From Bacteroidales bacterium (lineage in GTDB: Bacteria > Bacteroidota > Bacteroidia > Bacteroidales > UBA1556): a DNA stretch of 64,000 nucleotides. Where the stretch lies: NCBI GenBank assembly GCA_027064095.1, contig JAMOQI010000080.1, forward strand, positions 13,620 to 77,619, in the 5' to 3' direction. How positions within the stretch are numbered: the stretch's first letter is position 1; each line of letters begins with the position of its first letter. Positions 49,544 through 59,380 of this stretch are shown here, in pieces. The notes beneath the pieces were generated by a model that was not told the DNA's origin, did not search any database, and was given only the letters and a program-made list of their open reading frames with translations. Position numbers and translations under genes: made by a program.

Positions 49544-52500
49544 TTAAAATGCATTCAAGTCAACAGGTCGCATTACGCCAAACCACTTAATTATTTTCTC
49601 TCCAATATTTGGAGCATCGATATGTATATAGTATATACCACTTGCAATTGGAATAGCAGCTGTATTTTTCAAGTCCCAATCTAAGTAAGTGTTTGATTCG
49701 TCTTTATTAAACCTCCTAACAAGAGTACCATTAGATGAATAAATACTTATAGTGCATCGTTCAGGTAGATTAGTAATTCTAACACGATTATCCAACTGGT
49801 TAGTCTCGTATGCAGAGAAAGCATAATATGGATTTGGCACTGCGCGAATTAAATCAAGAGCTGTTTCAGCTGTTATCAAATCACTTTTAATAGTAGCTAT
49901 ATTTCCAGTATTGAATCCATACGCAGGATAATTATTGTTAAAGTGTGTACTTTGAACAACAGTATTATTAGTACTCCAAACATCTTTCTTATAAGGATAA
50001 TTAACACGTAGTCTAACTAAAGCATCATTCTGCAACCACTCTTCACCATCAATAGCCATAGGAATACCTGTCCACATAATTTCACGGTGAACTTGCATTA
50101 ACTTTATACTAGTTGGATTTCCTTTTAACATATTATAAAGCCATTTACCTTTATCATATGCAGGACAACCATTAGCATCAGGAGAATGACGCAACACATA
50201 AACAAAGTGCTTTCCTCCCATCAAAACATCTCCAACAGATGTAAAGTAATTAGATGTTGGATTAAACTTCATATCTCTACCATTCTCACCAACTAACCAA
50301 GAAGACTCACCAAACATAATATTCAATCTTTCCCCGCTCTCAACACTAATTGCATAGCCTGGGAACCATCCCATACCTTCTCCGGAAATATAGTTAGGTG
50401 CGGAAGGGTCTGTTTCTTGTCCATTAGAACTTGAAGCGTAGTTTCCATCTTTATCAACAGAGGCATGTCCACGCAATTGAAACTTCTTCTTATTACCTTC
50501 ACTAGCTACATTATCGTCACCTGTTTCTATTACAACACATCTAGTCCATTTACTCTTATCTGAAGTAAATACTAAGTCAATACCTTCAACATTTGCCAGA
50601 TTATAAGTTTTATGGGTAGGAGTACCTGCAGGACCATTTTCATAAATTGAAGCTAAACGATATGGAGCCCATGTACCACCTATCAATTTTTCATAAATTT
50701 CATTAGGATCAAGCCATTTTGAAGGATCAGGATCATAATCATTATGGAATGTCTTATTTTTATCTTCAAGTGTACCTGATCGAATCCAGTTCAAAGCACT
50801 AGGCGTATTAGCATCTATATCAAAACCACCGTCAAAATCAGGCAAACCTCCTAACCAACGATGAGAAGAATCTTGATAGATTAAATTTGCTGAGATTAAA
50901 CCATTTGTCTCTAATTCTGTTTGTCCTGCACCTTCATATTGCTGAATTTGAATACTCAATCCTTCGTCAAGTAATAATTGCTCATTACCCACAGAAATAT
51001 TAGCATCACTGGTATCAATAATAATTACTCCATTTTTCTCTAAGCTCCAACGAGCAGAATTAACATCTGTACCGCTCTCAGGGAAGAATCGCAATATATA
51101 ATCAGCGGCTTCAACATTTAATGGGTCAATAACTTTGACATTAACAGGGCCATGGCCATTAATATATTCAATTTTCTCAACTTGATTTTCAGCTAATATT
51201 CTAGCTTTAGTTTCAGGAGTCAACTCCAAGTCATTTCCACCATTACCTCTACCATCAAGTCTAGTTATCATAGGTCCAGAACCATATTCTGAGTTTGCAA
51301 TAGTACCATCAGCTTCAGGGCTAGGAATATGAGGCATAACAGTATGAATTTTAATTGAGCCAACGGCGGATTTACGTCCAGCTAAATAAGGCTTTTTCTG
51401 TCCATTCAATCCATTTAATGTTCCAGGGTCTTGAGAATATGGTAAATAATTATTCTGTGCATATGCTATTGCCACAAAATAATACTTTTTATTATTAACT
51501 AGCTTAACATCACCAGAAGCAAATTTATCTTCTGTAATTTTAAATGAATGTCTAATTCCTTTGTTTTCAGCTTCAACTTTCAATTCAGGAATATTTCCTC
51601 CAAGTTGGTCACTATAAGTATAATTAACCAAATTACCAACTGAGTCTTTAAGGTCACATTGAGCTACTAATCTTGATTTATCAGGATCATTCAAATCTGC
51701 CAAAGAAACTTCGTCATTAGCAAGCTGATAAATTTGATATCCTTGGAAATGATAATAAGGATCATAATGAGTAGTATCATCATTCAAGGCAGAAATTGTA
51801 ACATCTTCTTCTATATAATCTTCGTTAGCATTATTAGAAGACTTAATATTTTTGAGGTAAAGAATAATCTCTTTATCAAGTTCTTGTACAATCACTTCAG
51901 GAGCATCAGGGCCATCAAGTACTTTAAAACAGTTATCAAATAAAGCCTGTGCTTTATCATCAATTTTACGTAATAATTGAACTGACTCAAAAGGTCCTCC
52001 GGAAGCAGCTCTAGCCCAAGGAATACCAACAGTGATATAATTAATAGCACCAGACTCTAATGTAAATTCCCCAGCAGACTGCATAAAACGTCTATCACCG
52101 GGAGCATTATTAGATGTTTCTTCAGTCCATTTTTTAGGGCTAGGAGTTACACCACCAGTTCCCCAATCACAAAAGTCAGTTTCGTCAGGAAACATAAAAT
52201 CACATTCAGGTCCACCGGTATTATGAGCATCACCACCATATGTCATTTTCGTACCATCTTTCCATATACCTCTTAAAAACTGATAATACTCAGGAGCTAA
52301 TGTTGGGTCTTGTGTTGCGCTCGTACCAAAAGGAGGGTTATTATGATACACAAACTTACGCATACCAAAACGTTCGTTATCAATTATACTATCACCAAAA
52401 TTAACACCATTAATACTTTCATCGCACAATTGAACACCATTAGAATCATATTTAGGATTATCAATACCATCAGCATCCATATAAGGTCCTTGGAAGAAAT

Positions 52501-53587
52501 CCACACCTACTGCAGGAGGTTGAGCTCCATAATCTTGTGGGCGGCCCAAGCCATCGATAGCAGATCCATTGTAACAATATCCTAATCCTCTGGAAACATC
52601 ACAACCCACATAATCATCATTAGCATATCCTAGATCCGTATCAACCCACTGACTAAAATAAGTATTTGTAAGTCGGAAAGTTGATCTATTAATTATCTCA
52701 TAAGTATAAAAGGTCATATTGTTAATCTCATCGTTAGTAGTAAAAGCAAAAGCTTGAGCTCTTATCTCCACACCAATTGCATTACCTTTAGTTTCTGAGT
52801 GTATATTACCATTATCATTAAACACCCACCAAATAGTTTGGTCACCTTTAAGAACAGCATCTGCTAAGATACCACCTTCAGGAGTTGGAGTATAATAATA
52901 ATTTCCATTAGCATCTTTTGTTGGTTTACATAAAGCATTTGTAATATCATAATAAGGATATTCACCTTGTTCCCATTCATAAACACCATTTCCATTCAAA
53001 TCAACGAAAGGAGCCAAATACTGGCTTTGACCTTTTGAAACATCGCCATTTGCAGGCCAATTTTTGATAATATCAGGTACAGAGTAATCCGGATACTCAG
53101 AATTATTATATTTCAATAAAAAATTGTCAACTTGCTCACGAGTAATAACAAAAAGTTTGTCATATTCATTACACACATCAGAGGTAGTACTAGCAGTACC
53201 ATCATTTGTAAGTGGGCCTGGCCAATAATCATCACCATTACCTCTATATCTTTGAAAAGCTCCTTTTAACTGGCCATTAACATCCGTACCACCAAGCCAT
53301 AATGAAGCAGAGAACATTGCTGTTTTTGAAGAACCTTTTGGTATTTCATATTGGGCTGTGGTCTGCAAATCCCACCACATATCACCACCTGTATTAATAC
53401 GTGCTCTTACATTGTTAAGATTAAGTTCAGTTGAGGCTTTTGCAGGCAAACAACCAGCAGCACTAGTACGTGCACTACTGCTTTTCCTTGCACTTTTTTT
53501 CTCTCCTTGTACATTTTTAGCAAAGGCAGAAGTTGTAAATAATGCAGCTATTATTATAAGTGCGAATATATTTATAAATTTCTTCAT
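49544..53587 (-). CDS. Large secreted protein with T9SS-like C-terminal sorting domain
   Basis: Signal peptide, LNLNNVRA, Dx(D/N)G Ca-binding-like loops, C-terminal VPNPY...FlgD-like WDLKN..IASGIY domain. Confidence 0.8.
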   Translation of the reverse strand: MKKFINIFALIIIAALFTTSAFAKNVQGEKKSARKSSSARTSAAGCLPAKASTELNLNNVRARINTGGDMWWDLQTTAQYEIPKGSSKTAMFSASLWLGGTDVNGQLKGAFQRYRGNGDDYWPGPLTNDGTASTTSDVCNEYDKLFVITREQVDNFLLKYNNSEYPDYSVPDIIKNWPANGDVSKGQSQYLAPFVDLNGNGVYEWEQGEYPYYDITNALCKPTKDANGNYYYTPTPEGGILADAVLKGDQTIWWVFNDNGNIHSETKGNAIGVEIRAQAFAFTTNDEINNMTFYTYEIINRSTFRLTNTYFSQWVDTDLGYANDDYVGCDVSRGLGYCYNGSAIDGLGRPQDYGAQPPAVGVDFFQGPYMDADGIDNPKYDSNGVQLCDESINGVNFGDSIIDNERFGMRKFVYHNNPPFGTSATQDPTLAPEYYQFLRGIWKDGTKMTYGGDAHNTGGPECDFMFPDETDFCDWGTGGVTPSPKKWTEETSNNAPGDRRFMQSAGEFTLESGAINYITVGIPWARAASGGPFESVQLLRKIDDKAQALFDNCFKVLDGPDAPEVIVQELDKEIILYLKNIKSSNNANEDYIEEDVTISALNDDTTHYDPYYHFQGYQIYQLANDEVSLADLNDPDKSRLVAQCDLKDSVGNLVNYTYSDQLGGNIPELKVEAENKGIRHSFKITEDKFASGDVKLVNNKKYYFVAIAYAQNNYLPYSQDPGTLNGLNGQKKPYLAGRKSAVGSIKIHTVMPHIPSPEADGTIANSEYGSGPMITRLDGRGNGGNDLELTPETKARILAENQVEKIEYINGHGPVNVKVIDPLNVEAADYILRFFPESGTDVNSARWSLEKNGVIIIDTSDANISVGNEQLLLDEGLSIQIQQYEGAGQTELETNGLISANLIYQDSSHRWLGGLPDFDGGFDIDANTPSALNWIRSGTLEDKNKTFHNDYDPDPSKWLDPNEIYEKLIGGTWAPYRLASIYENGPAGTPTHKTYNLANVEGIDLVFTSDKSKWTRCVVIETGDDNVASEGNKKKFQLRGHASVDKDGNYASSSNGQETDPSAPNYISGEGMGWFPGYAISVESGERLNIMFGESSWLVGENGRDMKFNPTSNYFTSVGDVLMGGKHFVYVLRHSPDANGCPAYDKGKWLYNMLKGNPTSIKLMQVHREIMWTGIPMAIDGEEWLQNDALVRLRVNYPYKKDVWSTNNTVVQSTHFNNNYPAYGFNTGNIATIKSDLITAETALDLIRAVPNPYYAFSAYETNQLDNRVRITNLPERCTISIYSSNGTLVRRFNKDESNTYLDWDLKNTAAIPIASGIYYIHIDAPNIGEKIIKWFGVMRPVDLNAF

Positions 53588-53611
53588 AATTGAAATATTG
53601 TTTGTTTCTTT

Positions 53612-56600
53612 TTAGAAGTTAAACATTATACCGAAACGAATTCTTCGAGGTAAACTGTAGTTATATGGGTTATTAATTCTAGTTGAGTATAAGTCAATAA
53701 ATGATTGAGGATCGTTCTTCGCATAAATAGAAGATTGATGCTCTGCTGCTGATAAATACCCATCATCATCGGGATTACCAGTATACCTATATACACTAAC
53801 TATATTTCTAGCATCCAAAACATTAAGTATTTGGAAATATACGTTCAAGTAATGTGGACTTTTCCTACTGCCTTCTTTACGTTTTAGATAAAAGTCTCTA
53901 TCAATACGCATATCCATTCTAAACTGCCAAGGCAAACGAGACCCGTTAATAGAACCTTTAAGTACCGGATTATTACCGCCTAATAATGCAGAAGTAATAT
54001 TACTTTGCCTACTATAAGGTACTCCACTACCACCGGTAAATACCATATTTACTCCAGTATTTTCAAGTATCCTAATAACTTTTACTTTATCGGTACCTTT
54101 TACTCTTTTAGTAATAGTTGGTCCATTATAGCTCTTACCTCTTCCATAGCGATAATCAGCAGTAACATTAATAGTGTGATTTCTATCCTGGTTAATAGGA
54201 TTCAAAGTACGTAAGTTAGGTTGACCGGATGTTACCAGATTAATACCTGAAGTAGCACTAGAACCTGTTGCATTTGCAAACTGCAAAGTATAACTAACTT
54301 TCATCCAAAGATTCTTTGTACGACGAAGGTCATAAGCCAATGTAACACCTTTTACTGTACCAAAGTCGATATTATTATATGAAATATAATCAACCGGATA
54401 TGCACTGGTAAAACGGTAAGCTTGTATTTGGTCTCTATTTTCTCTATAATAAGCAGAAAACTTAATAGATGAAGAGTTGGAAATTTTCTGTTGGAAACCT
54501 AATTCATAGTCAGTAGTACGCTCAGGTTTAAGATTAGGATTATTAATAATCGATGTTCCAACCTGATTTATAAAGAAATAGTTCATCATAGGGATTCTAT
54601 TTCTTCCTGTTGGCCGAGAAGTTAACACATCATAATGAGCAAAGAATAGAGCCTCATCTGAGATAGGGAAAGAAAACGAAATACGAGGTGAAATTGTATT
54701 TTGAGGATCATAATCCTTAAATGCAGTAGCTGATAATTCCTTTTGATCAGGATTAACTAAATAAGGAGCTATTCCTGAAGGTGTTTCTATAGTTGTTGGG
54801 TCACTAATCTCAGTACCTTCGGAGTTAAACCAACGACTACCATCACGATAACCAAGAATTGCAGATGGGTTATTCACATCATTAACATAAACTACATAGT
54901 CGTCACCCATATTACTAGGTATAGAACCTAAATTGGGGTCATTAACTTCTTTAACAGTTTTAGCTTCGCTAAATAGGTAAGGGTCTTTAAGAACTTTCTG
55001 GTTTGCATCGAATCTATCAAAACGCAGTCCTATTGTCAAAATCAAGTCATTAACTGAGAATCTATCTTGAATATAACCAGCAACATAGATAGGCTCATAA
55101 GCACCAATAGTACGTGAATTATTTCCATTATCATCAATACCGGTAAAGAAATCTTCGAAAGCAGGTTTTCCTTGCAATTTATTTCCATAAGGGTCATATC
55201 CATAATAGAATAAATATGGGTTACCACTATTCATCAACTCATCCGGACTGAACATATCAATACTAAATGTAGAAGGATCATAACTATCCAAATCTATCCA
55301 ATCTGTACCATCAACTGGCAAACCTAATTTAATTCTCAATTGTTTATCAAAATATGCTTGAGTATTGGCATCATATAATCTATTATATTCTATTGTATCT
55401 TGGAAAACACCGGCATCGTCCATAATAAGTATTGGATTAGCTTTATCTAACTGAGCAATATGTCTGTTAGTAATTCCTCTCATAAGAGTCCAAAGTCCGG
55501 CAGGATTATAACCATAACCAGTTTCTTTACGCTGCTCGTATTGAATACCAAACTGCAATTCATGATCTCCGATATCGGCAGAGCCATTAGCATTCAAGCC
55601 AAATCGAGAGTTATCAAAATAGCTATAACCATTATATGGAGTACCGGTATTATTATATAATCCATATACACTAGTAGGTAACTGACCATTAAGTAGAGCT
55701 CCTCCATTTTGAACCGTTAAGGCATTACGATAAAAATTATTATTATCATAAAGATTATAATACTGGTCGGTATAATTACTTAAGTTCGGATTAATTTCAG
55801 ACCTTTGGAATTCATATAAAGTATCTCTAAAACCATTCTGAATATATACATTATTTAAACCTGTAGCAGAATCACTACCTAATTCAAAAGATTTGACAGA
55901 ATGAGTAGTAAACTTACCCACATAACCATAGTTAAAAATATTATCACCATGCAAAGGGTTATAAGTTTTGGAATTGGTACGAGAATAGTCGGCTTGAATG
56001 CTATAATATACATTTTTAACTAGAGACTTACTATCCTTACCAGTAGGAAAACGTTGAGTAAATTTACCATAAACCCTCCAAGTAGTGGCATCGTTAACAC
56101 CATTATTTTCCGGATTGTATAATGAATTTGCTTGACTCCATAAGTTTGCTCGTCTCCATCTAAATGAACCGCCAAAAGTAAGGTTGGTATTATCAGTAGT
56201 TCTAACATCAATTTTTCCGGCAAAGTTGGCAGACATAGACTCAGCATTTTCACGGGTATGAAGTTTTTCCATATCATCTTTATACACAAATTCCGAATTA
56301 GGGAAAGAACCAAAACCAGTTCCAGAAGGACGTACAGGATTTTTTCTTAGATAATCTAATTTATCAGCTTTAATTCTATGAGTACCTATAGAAGCTGGAG
56401 AACCATCAACTGTATAATTTCCTTCACCAGAAATAAAGAAACCTAATAGTGAAGTAGATTTGGTAGAGTCTTTTCCTTTAATTAACGGACCCTGAACGCT
56501 AAGCCCAATTAAGTTATATCCATAGCCATCTAACAAAGTAGATGTTACAGCTTCTACACCTGCGCCAAAATTACGAGATGGTCCTTTTGTTGTAATATTA

Positions 56601-57256
56601 ATAATACCACCAGTAAGGTCACCATACATAGCAGGAGTACCACCAGTAATAACAGCCACCTGATCAATTGCAGATTGTGGCAAAGAAGAAGATCCAATAA
56701 CACGTACTCCGTCAATATATGTAGCAGTACCTTCGTTACGACCACCACGCATACCTCCCATATTACCATTCTCATCGGAGAATACACCACCAACAGTAAC
56801 AGCAACAGCAGTAGCAGAACGACCAGGCATTTTTGCTATCTCTTCAGAGGTCATTGTACCACCTGTAGAAGTTTGATCCTTATCTATCAATGGCACCTTA
56901 TAGTCAACCACTTCAAAAACATCAAGGTTTGTAGCAGATGATTCTAATTTAATATCTAAGAATCGAATCTTATTGGCATTGATAATAACGCCCTGATACA
57001 TCTTCTTTTTATATCCAACATAAGAAATTTTTACATCATACTTACCCGGTTGAATTGGCTTAATTTTGTATTTACCATCGAAATCTGTAGTTCCACCATT
57101 CACAACCTTACCACCTAGCTCAACAACAACGTTAGCAAAAGGAATTGGTTCATTGGATTCGGAATCAGTAACTTTCCCTTGTAAAGTACCAGACTGCGCC
57201 TTAGCAAAGAAAGATACAAACAAAATCATACTTGATAATAGTAACTTACGAATCAT
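53612..57256 (-). CDS. Large TonB-dependent receptor with N-terminal carboxypeptidase-regulatory-like domain
   Basis: LQGKVTD...TDFDGKY, plug RGGR...YIDG...TGG.PA.YG, GLRFD, SPRISFSFPI, NPNLKPE, PRRIRFGIMFNF. Confidence 0.9.
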   Translation of the reverse strand: MIRKLLLSSMILFVSFFAKAQSGTLQGKVTDSESNEPIPFANVVVELGGKVVNGGTTDFDGKYKIKPIQPGKYDVKISYVGYKKKMYQGVIINANKIRFLDIKLESSATNLDVFEVVDYKVPLIDKDQTSTGGTMTSEEIAKMPGRSATAVAVTVGGVFSDENGNMGGMRGGRNEGTATYIDGVRVIGSSSLPQSAIDQVAVITGGTPAMYGDLTGGIINITTKGPSRNFGAGVEAVTSTLLDGYGYNLIGLSVQGPLIKGKDSTKSTSLLGFFISGEGNYTVDGSPASIGTHRIKADKLDYLRKNPVRPSGTGFGSFPNSEFVYKDDMEKLHTRENAESMSANFAGKIDVRTTDNTNLTFGGSFRWRRANLWSQANSLYNPENNGVNDATTWRVYGKFTQRFPTGKDSKSLVKNVYYSIQADYSRTNSKTYNPLHGDNIFNYGYVGKFTTHSVKSFELGSDSATGLNNVYIQNGFRDTLYEFQRSEINPNLSNYTDQYYNLYDNNNFYRNALTVQNGGALLNGQLPTSVYGLYNNTGTPYNGYSYFDNSRFGLNANGSADIGDHELQFGIQYEQRKETGYGYNPAGLWTLMRGITNRHIAQLDKANPILIMDDAGVFQDTIEYNRLYDANTQAYFDKQLRIKLGLPVDGTDWIDLDSYDPSTFSIDMFSPDELMNSGNPYLFYYGYDPYGNKLQGKPAFEDFFTGIDDNGNNSRTIGAYEPIYVAGYIQDRFSVNDLILTIGLRFDRFDANQKVLKDPYLFSEAKTVKEVNDPNLGSIPSNMGDDYVVYVNDVNNPSAILGYRDGSRWFNSEGTEISDPTTIETPSGIAPYLVNPDQKELSATAFKDYDPQNTISPRISFSFPISDEALFFAHYDVLTSRPTGRNRIPMMNYFFINQVGTSIINNPNLKPERTTDYELGFQQKISNSSSIKFSAYYRENRDQIQAYRFTSAYPVDYISYNNIDFGTVKGVTLAYDLRRTKNLWMKVSYTLQFANATGSSATSGINLVTSGQPNLRTLNPINQDRNHTINVTADYRYGRGKSYNGPTITKRVKGTDKVKVIRILENTGVNMVFTGGSGVPYSRQSNITSALLGGNNPVLKGSINGSRLPWQFRMDMRIDRDFYLKRKEGSRKSPHYLNVYFQILNVLDARNIVSVYRYTGNPDDDGYLSAAEHQSSIYAKNDPQSFIDLYSTRINNPYNYSLPRRIRFGIMFNF

Positions 57257-57350
57257 ATACTTAATTTTATGTTATTTATAATTCTTGTACATTTAAAGGG
57301 CTCAAAAATAGGAAAAAATACCTTTAACTTTAACTTTATTTAACATGCAT

Positions 57351-57827
57351 TTAATTGATAATGTACGGAGGGTTCAACACGGCATCGTATATCACTGCTT
57401 TTCTTAGGTCAAAATCAACTATTTCCAACTCTTCATTTTCCTTATTTTGATTAATTCCAAATTGCACTTTGTTATTTTTTTCGGTTTCACAAGTGATATT
57501 TTCGGTTTCGATACTTTCAATTTCTCTCCCAATAATATCGGTTTCGTGATTTTCTATATCATGTTGAATTATAGATTCTTCTCCTAACACATTATTATCT
57601 ATCACTTCACTTTTTATCTCACTATCAAATTCTTTTTCACCGAAAAAATTATTAACAAAGCCTTCTATTTCTTTTTCAATATTTTCAATAGATGAAGTTT
57701 CAACCTTAGGATTAGCTTCAATATTTTGTAATTCAATTTCGTTATTTTTCTTCATGGACTTTTGGTACTGTTTGTATCCAAATATAGCGATAGCAATAAG
57801 AATAAAGATAAAATTTTCCATAATCAA
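57351..57827 (-). CDS. Hypothetical single-TM acidic protein
   Basis: N-terminal TM helix, Glu-rich body, C-terminal DLRKAVIYDAVLNPPY. Confidence 0.65.
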   Translation of the reverse strand: MIMENFIFILIAIAIFGYKQYQKSMKKNNEIELQNIEANPKVETSSIENIEKEIEGFVNNFFGEKEFDSEIKSEVIDNNVLGEESIIQHDIENHETDIIGREIESIETENITCETEKNNKVQFGINQNKENEELEIVDFDLRKAVIYDAVLNPPYIIN

Positions 57828-57982
57828 AAAGGTCTAAAATTCAGCTGTATTTTCAGTTTTCAAATATACATTATAATTTAATAACATCAATATATAATTC
57901 AGATTTCGGTTTTTAATAGGCAGGGAAAGGATATTTGCTAAAATCAATATAAGATTATAATTTTATGAATATTCAATAGATA

Positions 57983-57999
57983 TAACCTGCATTATTCAT
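57983..57999. repeat. Isolated arm of the MITE outer TIR
   Basis: TAACCTGCATTATTCAT is near-identical to the reverse complement of the right ends at ~2695-2711 and ~14495-14511. Confidence 0.55.
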
Positions 58000-58130
58000 G
58001 TGAGATAAATATTTGAATATTATATGCTACTATTAATGTAAATTACAAATCTAAATTGCAATAGTCGATAGATTAATAATATGCCATAAATTGATTATAC
58101 ATTTATAACGAAATAAATTTATTTTTTATT

Positions 58131-58889
58131 CTAAAACTTCTCAAAAACCCCCATACCAAATAAAGCAAAATCATATTTAATAGGGTCTATAGGATCAAAT
58201 GTTTTAAGATTGTTTGTCAGCTCTACAACTGCTTTCCAATCATTTTGCTTACGATTTAATAATCCTAATTTACGGGCAACTCTACTGCTGTGAGTATCAA
58301 GGGGGATCATTAAATCTGCAGGACTAATTATATTCCATATTCCAAAATCTACACCATATTTTGCATCTCTAACCATCCAACGAAGAAACATATTTATCCT
58401 TTTTGCTGCGGAACCTTTATCAGTATTTGCCAAATGCTTTTCACTTCGTTTTAAGTGCTTTGTTTCAACAAAAACAGATCTAAAATAAGCTATACTAGCT
58501 TTAATATCATCAGGGAATTTAGAAAATACAGTTTCCAAGCCATTATGATTTAAGTAAATATTTTGTAATGAAGCCAAAAAGAATAATGCATCATCAGAAT
58601 TAAAAGTTCTATAAACAAAATTACTAAATCTACAAAAATCCTTATCTGAAGCCTGGGTAATAAAATCGTAAGGTTGATAATCCATCAATTGCATCCATAG
58701 CTGAGATTTTTTAATTATCTGAGGCCTTTGTCCCCAAGCCAATGTTGCTGCAATAAAACCTGAAATCTCAATATCTTCTTTTCTTGAGAACTGTTTAGGT
58801 ATTTGAATGGGGTCTGTTTCTATAAATTTAGGATTTTGATATTCTGCTTGTTTAAAATCCAAAATTTCTTGTAATTCGTTTTTCTCCAT
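58131..58889 (-). CDS. TIGR02757 family protein
   Basis: FIETDPIQIP, AWGQR, KRINMFLRWMVR, PLDTH, DPIKYDFALFG. Confidence 0.92.
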   Translation of the reverse strand: MEKNELQEILDFKQAEYQNPKFIETDPIQIPKQFSRKEDIEISGFIAATLAWGQRPQIIKKSQLWMQLMDYQPYDFITQASDKDFCRFSNFVYRTFNSDDALFFLASLQNIYLNHNGLETVFSKFPDDIKASIAYFRSVFVETKHLKRSEKHLANTDKGSAAKRINMFLRWMVRDAKYGVDFGIWNIISPADLMIPLDTHSSRVARKLGLLNRKQNDWKAVVELTNNLKTFDPIDPIKYDFALFGMGVFEKF

Positions 58890-58922
58890 ATTAAGTCGAT
58901 TTAATATATTAAACATCCTAAA

Positions 58923-59256
58923 TTATTTAACAATTAATGTCATTTCAGAAACAGTTTGTGCAGAAAAAATTCCAATAGCATCTCCTTGTATATTTATATT
59001 TATCTTTTTGCTTACTGAATGACATCCTATATGTGAATATATAATAGTATATTTTCCTTCAGAAATTGTTAATGAAAAGAATCCATAAACATTGCTCACT
59101 GCCCCAGTAGTTAGAATCTCTTTTATCCTCAACATTGCACCTATCAAATCCACTCCCGTAGAAGCGCCTTTGTTATAACCACTAATAGTCAGCTTTTAAC
59201 TATTATGCGCCGACAACGCCAAGTTACTTATCATCAAGAATATATTTTATTCTCAT
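58923..59256 (-). pseudogene. Decayed N-terminus of a TonB-dependent receptor
   Basis: MRIKYI[frameshift]FLMISNLALSAHNS*KLTISGYNKGASTGVDLIGA...SNVYGFFSLTISEGKYTIIYSHIG, with an in-frame stop at 59196-59198 and early truncation. Confidence 0.75.
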
Positions 59257-59380
59257 ATAATATTTATCTTTAATCGTTTTAAGGTTCAAAAGTACATTTA
59301 TTTCTCAATTTTAATACTTAATAAATATTATTTAATTTGTAAATTTGCCAACATAATTTATAACCATTTAACGAAACACT

